Assembly: GCA_964291265.2 (NCBI GenBank)
Contig: OZ219747.1
Location: forward strand, 2,624,001 to 2,688,000
Reading direction: 5' to 3'
Origin: Alphaproteobacteria bacterium
Lineage (GTDB): Bacteria > Pseudomonadota > Alphaproteobacteria > SP197
Length of the DNA stretch: 64,000 nucleotides
Shown piece by piece: positions 59,019 through 64,000 of the stretch. The notes below the pieces were generated by a model, which saw nothing but the letters and a program-made list of their open reading frames with translations, ran no database searches and was not told the DNA's origin. The position numbers were made by a program, and so were the translations under genes. Position 1 is the first letter of the stretch. Every line of letters starts with the position of its first letter.

Positions 59019-60656
59019 TTGGATAGTGTCGTGGACTTCGAGCTGATCGCCATTGCATTCGGAGACGTGGCATGGATCGCGATGGCCTTCGTGCTGGGCC
59101 TGCTGTCCAGAACCGTCGGGCTGCCGCCCCTGGTCGGCTTCCTGGTTGCCGGGTTCGTGCTCAACCTGCATGGCATGGCCGGCGGGGACATGCTGCGGAA
59201 ACTGTCGGATCTGGGCATCACCCTGTTGCTCTTCATCGTTGGCCTGAAGCTCAACCTTCGGGTGTTCGCGCGGCCGCAGGTATGGGCCGTGACCGGGCTG
59301 CACATGGCCATCATCGTGCCGCTCTTCGCAACGGCCATCTACGCCGCCGCCGCTCTCGGGGTGCCCTTCCTCTCCGACCTCGACCTTGCCCGATCTCTTC
59401 TGATCGCCTTCGCACTCAGCTTTTCCAGCACCGTGTTCGTCGTCAAGGCGCTGGAAGACAGGGGCCAGACAACGGCGCTCCACGGCCGGGTTGCGATCGG
59501 CATTCTCATCGTGCAGGATCTGGCCGCCGTCGTCTTTCTCGCCATCTCCACGGGGAACCTGCCGACCTACTGGGCCCTGCTGGCCCTTCTCGTCTTTCCG
59601 ATTCGCCCCTTCCTGACCGCCCTGCTTCAGCGGGTCGGCCACGGAGAGCTCATGGTCCTCTATGGCTTCCTGCTTGCCCTGGGTGGTGCGCAGCTGTTCG
59701 AGCTCGTCGGCCTCAAGGGTGATCTCGGCGCACTCGTGTTGGGCGTTCTGATCGCCAATCATGCCAAGGCCAACGAGATGGCGAAGGCCATGCTCGGCTT
59801 CAAGGACCTTTTCCTTCTCGCCTTCTTTCTCTCAGTCGGCCTTTCGGGACAGCTGACCCTGGAGACGTTCATGATCGGCGCCGTGATCACGCCGTTCGTG
59901 CTGTTCAAGTCGGCCCTGTTCTTCGGACTGCTGACCGCGTTCAGGCTTCAGGCACGCACGTCGCTTCTGGCATCGTTCAATCTCGGCAACTTCAGCGAAT
60001 TCGGGCTCATCGTCACCGCCATCGGAGTCGCCCGGGGTTGGATCGACACCGACTGGCTGATCGTGGTCGCGGTCGCGCTTGCCCTGTCCTGCGCCATCTC
60101 TTCCGGGCTCAACATCACCGGAGAACGCATCTACACGCGGCACAGGAGCATGTGGAAGCGCCTGCAACGCTCCAGCCTTGTTGCCGACGATCGGCCGCTT
60201 GATATCGGCGCGGCGACGATTGCCATCATCGGCATGGGCCGTATTGGATCGGGGGCATATGACACCATGCGTGAACTGCATGGAGAAACCGTCGTTGGCG
60301 TGGATTTCGATCAGGCCACGGTCGAGCGTCGCCGGACCGAAGGGCGAAAGGTGTTGTTGGGCGACCCTTGTGACGCCGAGTTCTGGGATCGCGTTCAGAG
60401 CGCCCACACATTGGAACTGGTCATGCTGGCATTGCCGAGTCTTGCCGCCAACCTTGCCGTGATCGACCAGCTCAAGGCGGCCTCGTTCACCGGCCGGGTT
60501 GCCGCCACGGTGAGGTTCCAGGACGACATCGAACCACTTGAGGAGGCCGGCGCCTCGACCGTCTTCAACGTCTACGCGGAAGCAGGTTCGGGGTTCGCCG
60601 CGCATGTGGCCGGGGACATGCCGGCCGTAAGCGTTCGGCCGTTCGGTGATGGCTGA
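59019..60656 (+). CDS. Cation:proton antiporter (CPA2/Kef-like) with TrkA-N domain; last codons supplied by IS66b
   Basis: LPPLVGFL.AG, SST, GILIVQD, IIGMGRIG; IS starts at 60627. Confidence 0.88.
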   Translation: MDSVVDFELIAIAFGDVAWIAMAFVLGLLSRTVGLPPLVGFLVAGFVLNLHGMAGGDMLRKLSDLGITLLLFIVGLKLNLRVFARPQVWAVTGLHMAIIVPLFATAIYAAAALGVPFLSDLDLARSLLIAFALSFSSTVFVVKALEDRGQTTALHGRVAIGILIVQDLAAVVFLAISTGNLPTYWALLALLVFPIRPFLTALLQRVGHGELMVLYGFLLALGGAQLFELVGLKGDLGALVLGVLIANHAKANEMAKAMLGFKDLFLLAFFLSVGLSGQLTLETFMIGAVITPFVLFKSALFFGLLTAFRLQARTSLLASFNLGNFSEFGLIVTAIGVARGWIDTDWLIVVAVALALSCAISSGLNITGERIYTRHRSMWKRLQRSSLVADDRPLDIGAATIAIIGMGRIGSGAYDTMRELHGETVVGVDFDQATVERRRTEGRKVLLGDPCDAEFWDRVQSAHTLELVMLALPSLAANLAVIDQLKAASFTGRVAATVRFQDDIEPLEEAGASTVFNVYAEAGSGFAAHVAGDMPAVSVRPFGDG

Positions 60657-60724
60657 TTTTGGTTGGTTTGGGTCTTGCTGACTATCGTCTGAGAAAGAGC
60701 TGGTAAACTCGTTTGGTCTCGATT

Positions 60725-63169
60725 ATGGTCGAGGCCATGAAGACTTTTGCCGAGACGCGCGGAGCGACACAGCAGCTGACGGGAGGTGGTGACGGCCTAT
60801 GTCGGGCGTCAGTGGCCTTGTCATGCGAGGCGCCTGACTGGCGTGCGCTCTATGAGGCGGAGCGGGTTCGTGCGGATGCGGCGGAAGCGCGTATGCGGTG
60901 TGCCAGGCGAACTGGCGGAAGGTAGGGGGTGAAAGTCCCCTGGAACGAAGGAGTAACCAAACCACGTTTCTCCGCGAGCCGTGCGTCGGTTCCCGCGAGG
61001 GGGCAGGCGAAGCGTCGGTAGCGGTACGGATGGGCAGGGCTAATGAGCACCGAAAAAGCTATCATCCGGGGTGCCGAGGCTTTCGCATTGGTCGAAGGCA
61101 ACATCGCAGGCATCGATTTGGTGAGATGTCGGCGAGCCCCGCGGTGTCAGAGAACCCATGCACGTCCGCACGCCTTCTGTTGGGACCCTGGGAGATCTTC
61201 AAACCGTCCCGCCGGTTGTGGCGGGACCGCATGGGGAAGGAGAAAACCGAAGCCTATGATGTACGGTTTGAAGAAGTCGGATGAGGCCGTAGTACCTGTG
61301 AAGGCGGCGAACAAGGAAGCGTTAGCTTCTGCGGAGTCGCTGGAGGAAAGGGCCTCAACCAAGGGGAATCCGGGACGCTAAAGCACGCACCGAACGCAGT
61401 GTCGGGCAAGCGTGCCACAGGCGGCGGATCGGATACGGGAAGCCGCAGGCTAGTCCAGTGGTTTGCCGTCCAGTACCCGAGGTAGGAGCCGGATGGATTA
61501 ACGTCCACGTCCGGATCTGCGCGGGGGGTGCGCAGCAATGCGCATCCCTACCGCGTCTGACCTGCGCCGTGCGAAGAATTCTGCCCGTGCCCGTGCGGGC
61601 ACATTCAAGTTTCATCTCGACCGCACTCGTGATCAGCTCAAGGAGGCTCGCCGGGAGGTGAAGCGTGGACAGGCCCGAGCGGAGGCGCTGGAGCAGGAAA
61701 GGGACGCTCTGAAGCTCAAGAACGCTGAACAGGCGAGCGAGCTGAGGAATCTCCGCGGGACGCGTGCCAAGCACGCGACGGCGCGCTTCGGGTCGAAGAG
61801 CGAGAAGCGGAAGAAGAAGGAAGGCACAGGGAACAAGCGGGGTCAGCAACCCGGCAAGAGCGGCCACGGGCGCACTCCGCGTCCGAAGCTCAAGGAGAAG
61901 CACGAACGCCATGATCCACCGGCATCGCAGCGCACGTGCCCGTGTTGCGGCGAGCCCTATGTGGCCAACGGCAGCCACGAGACCTCGATCATGGAGGTCC
62001 ATGTCAAGGCTCATATCCGGCGGATTGAACGTGGGCGTTGGCGCCGTGGTTGTCAGTGTTCGTCGGCGCCTGCGGAGATCATCGCGCCGCCACCTTTGCG
62101 CTTGCTTGCGAATACCCCCTTCGGCATCAGTGTCTGGGAATGCGTGCTCTATGAGCGCTTCGCCTGCTTGCGTCCCCTGCGCCGGGTCTCGCGATGGCTG
62201 GAAGACCAGGGACTGCCGATGGCGCCGGGAACGATCGCTGGCGGCATGAAGAAGATGACGCCGATGTTCGCGCCTCTCGCTCAGGCCATCCTCGATCATC
62301 AGAACCGGCTGACGGTGCGCCACGGCGACGAGACCAGCTGGCGCATCCAGTCCCTCAAGGCCTCGGGGCGCTCGCAGAAGGCCTGGCTGTGGACCGCGGT
62401 CAGCGCCGACTCCGTCTTCTTCCTTATCGACCCGTCACGCAGCGCCCGGGTGGCCATGGTGCTGTTCGCCTCCACCGAAGGTGTCGTCTTCCTTGTTTGC
62501 GACCGCTACGTGGTCTACAGGAAACTGGAGCGTGAGCTTGATGGCAAGGTGATCCTCTGCCTTTGCTGGGCGCACTCCAGGCGCGATGTGATCGAGGCTG
62601 CGGCAGGCCAGGAGGGGCTGGAAGAGTGGTGCGACAAGTGGCTCGACAGGATCGCGCTGATCTACACACTGAATGGGCAACGGCTGAAGCACTACGATCC
62701 CGCACGCAAGCGTCAGTCAGCGAGGTTCAATGCCCTGCAGAAGGACCTTCGTGCGGCTGTCGAGGCGCTGTTCAGGCAGGCTCAGGAGGAACTCGACGCC
62801 TTGCCCGAGGGTGCACGCGAAGCGAAGCCCTTGCGTTCCCTGATCCGTCACCGCGAGGGACTGTGCGTCTTTGTCGACCATCCCCAGGTGCCCATGGACA
62901 ACAACTTTGCCGAGAGAGCCCTCCGGGGTGCGGTGACCGCGAGAAAGCTGAGCTTCGGCTCCGACAGCGAGGAAGGCGCCGCCTTCACCGCCATCATGTA
63001 CTCGGTCATCGGCACCCTTGCCATGAACAACATCAATGTTCGGCGCTGGCTTCATGAGTGGCTTGAGGCCTGCGCGCAGAACGGCGGCAAGCCGCCGGAT
63101 GACCTCGACCCGTGGCTGCCATGGTCGATGCCCCCGGAGCGTCGAAGGGACCTCATGGAACCGGGGTGA
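60725..63169 (+). CDS. IS66 transposase copy 3 (exons 60725-60897 and 61558-63169), intact after splicing
   Basis: Joined exons total 1785 nt, reading AEARMR-DLRRAKNS in frame with no stops. Confidence 0.82.
60898..61557 (+). ncRNA. ORF-less group II intron copy 3 (660 nt)
   Basis: GTGTG...CCCTACCGCGTC; same insertion site as copies 1 and 2. Confidence 0.9.
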
Positions 63170-63448
63170 TCGAGTGCCGTTACGACGGCCGTGACTTCAC
63201 CGCGCACGAGATGGCGCTGTTGCGCTCCCTGATCACCCAGCACCCCACCCGTGCGGCCATCGCCCGCGCCTTCTGCCGCGAGACCGGCTGATACAAGCCC
63301 GACGGGGCCTCAAGAACATGATGGCGAATGTCGCCTTTCTGGCCATGCACCGCGACGGCCTCATCACCCTGCCGCCACCCCAACGACGAGCAACCCGACC
63401 CGGACCCATCGTCTTCGGACCCAACAGCGAACCGCCACGTGGTGCGCC

Positions 63449-64000
63449 TGTCGGCGGCGATTTAGAACGGCGGGATATTGGCGGAGAACCGCTCTTTTGG
63501 GCGCTGATCGTGTGAGTGGGTGACCACGACAGGAGAACGTGCGGCATTGGACGAAGGTCCGCCCGGTCTTTGTTTTCTGCCTATTGTTGGATCCCATTGG
63601 TCTTGCATTGACGTTGACGATGTCGTTCCGGTCGGCGTTTTCTGGCGTTCGGCGTTTGTGGAACGTGATGTGGGAGGGGAGCTTCAGGCTTTTGCGCGTG
63701 GTTTCGTTCTGGCGTTCTCCGTCCTCGTCGTGGTTCGTCGGGCGGGACGATCTCGAGGCTGGAGAGCTGACGGTTTCTGTTGCGCTGGGCGAAGAGGCTG
63801 CGTGCGTTGCGGTTGCGGCGGCGCAGGGTGCGGCAGGCGTCGAGTGTTTTCGGGCGGATGCTGCGACCTGTGAGCCAGTCCGGCGGCGGATCGGGCGTTG
63901 CTGCGGCTCAGCGGCTGCGGCAGTCTCGTGATGCGGTGTCGTTTGGACGGCCCGGGTGTTTCCCGGGGAGGCTGAGAGGCGCGTCGGGGTGAGACGTTCT
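63449..64000 (-). mobile_element. Second IS21 copy (right arm, inverted), running off window
   Basis: Reverse complement of about 58130-58681, starting TGTCGGCGGCG. Confidence 0.9.

Larger units (their letters stand above)
60627..63448 (+). mobile_element. IS66b copy 3 (right part interrupted by IS21; right end outside window)
   Basis: GTAAGCGTTCGGCC left end; near-identical to copy 1. Confidence 0.9.

Overview
GC-rich proteobacterial-type chromosome segment. The first ~16 kb is metabolic: two Mrp/NuoL-like subunits, coxG-coxS-coxM with no coxL, an agmatinase with an HTH-like tail, LysR, a NitT/TauT ABC transporter, SDRs and an MFS. From 16.4 kb the region is accessory: an IS66 carrying a Dam-like methylase (hit by an ISAs1), decayed defence genes, an ATPase-TOPRIM gene, a hydantoinase/dioxygenase catabolic cluster, a poly-G-frameshifted GT25 and a solitary CRISPR-like repeat. 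From 39 kb it is a nest of mobile elements. Three copies of a second IS66 each have their transposase split at the same codon by an ORF-less group II intron, and one copy also holds a related full-length RT-encoding intron in antisense. Top finding: an IS110 element (44821-46786) sits 9 nt inside the 5' end of one intron copy. Its non-coding end encodes a recognisable bridge RNA whose target guides match the intron 5' terminus and whose donor guides match its own ends, i.e. an RNA-guided recombinase apparently programmed against a group II ribozyme. An IS21 with TOPRIM/primase-like cargo shares a small ORF + palindrome module with that IS110. All family calls come from motif recognition by eye; no database searches were run.
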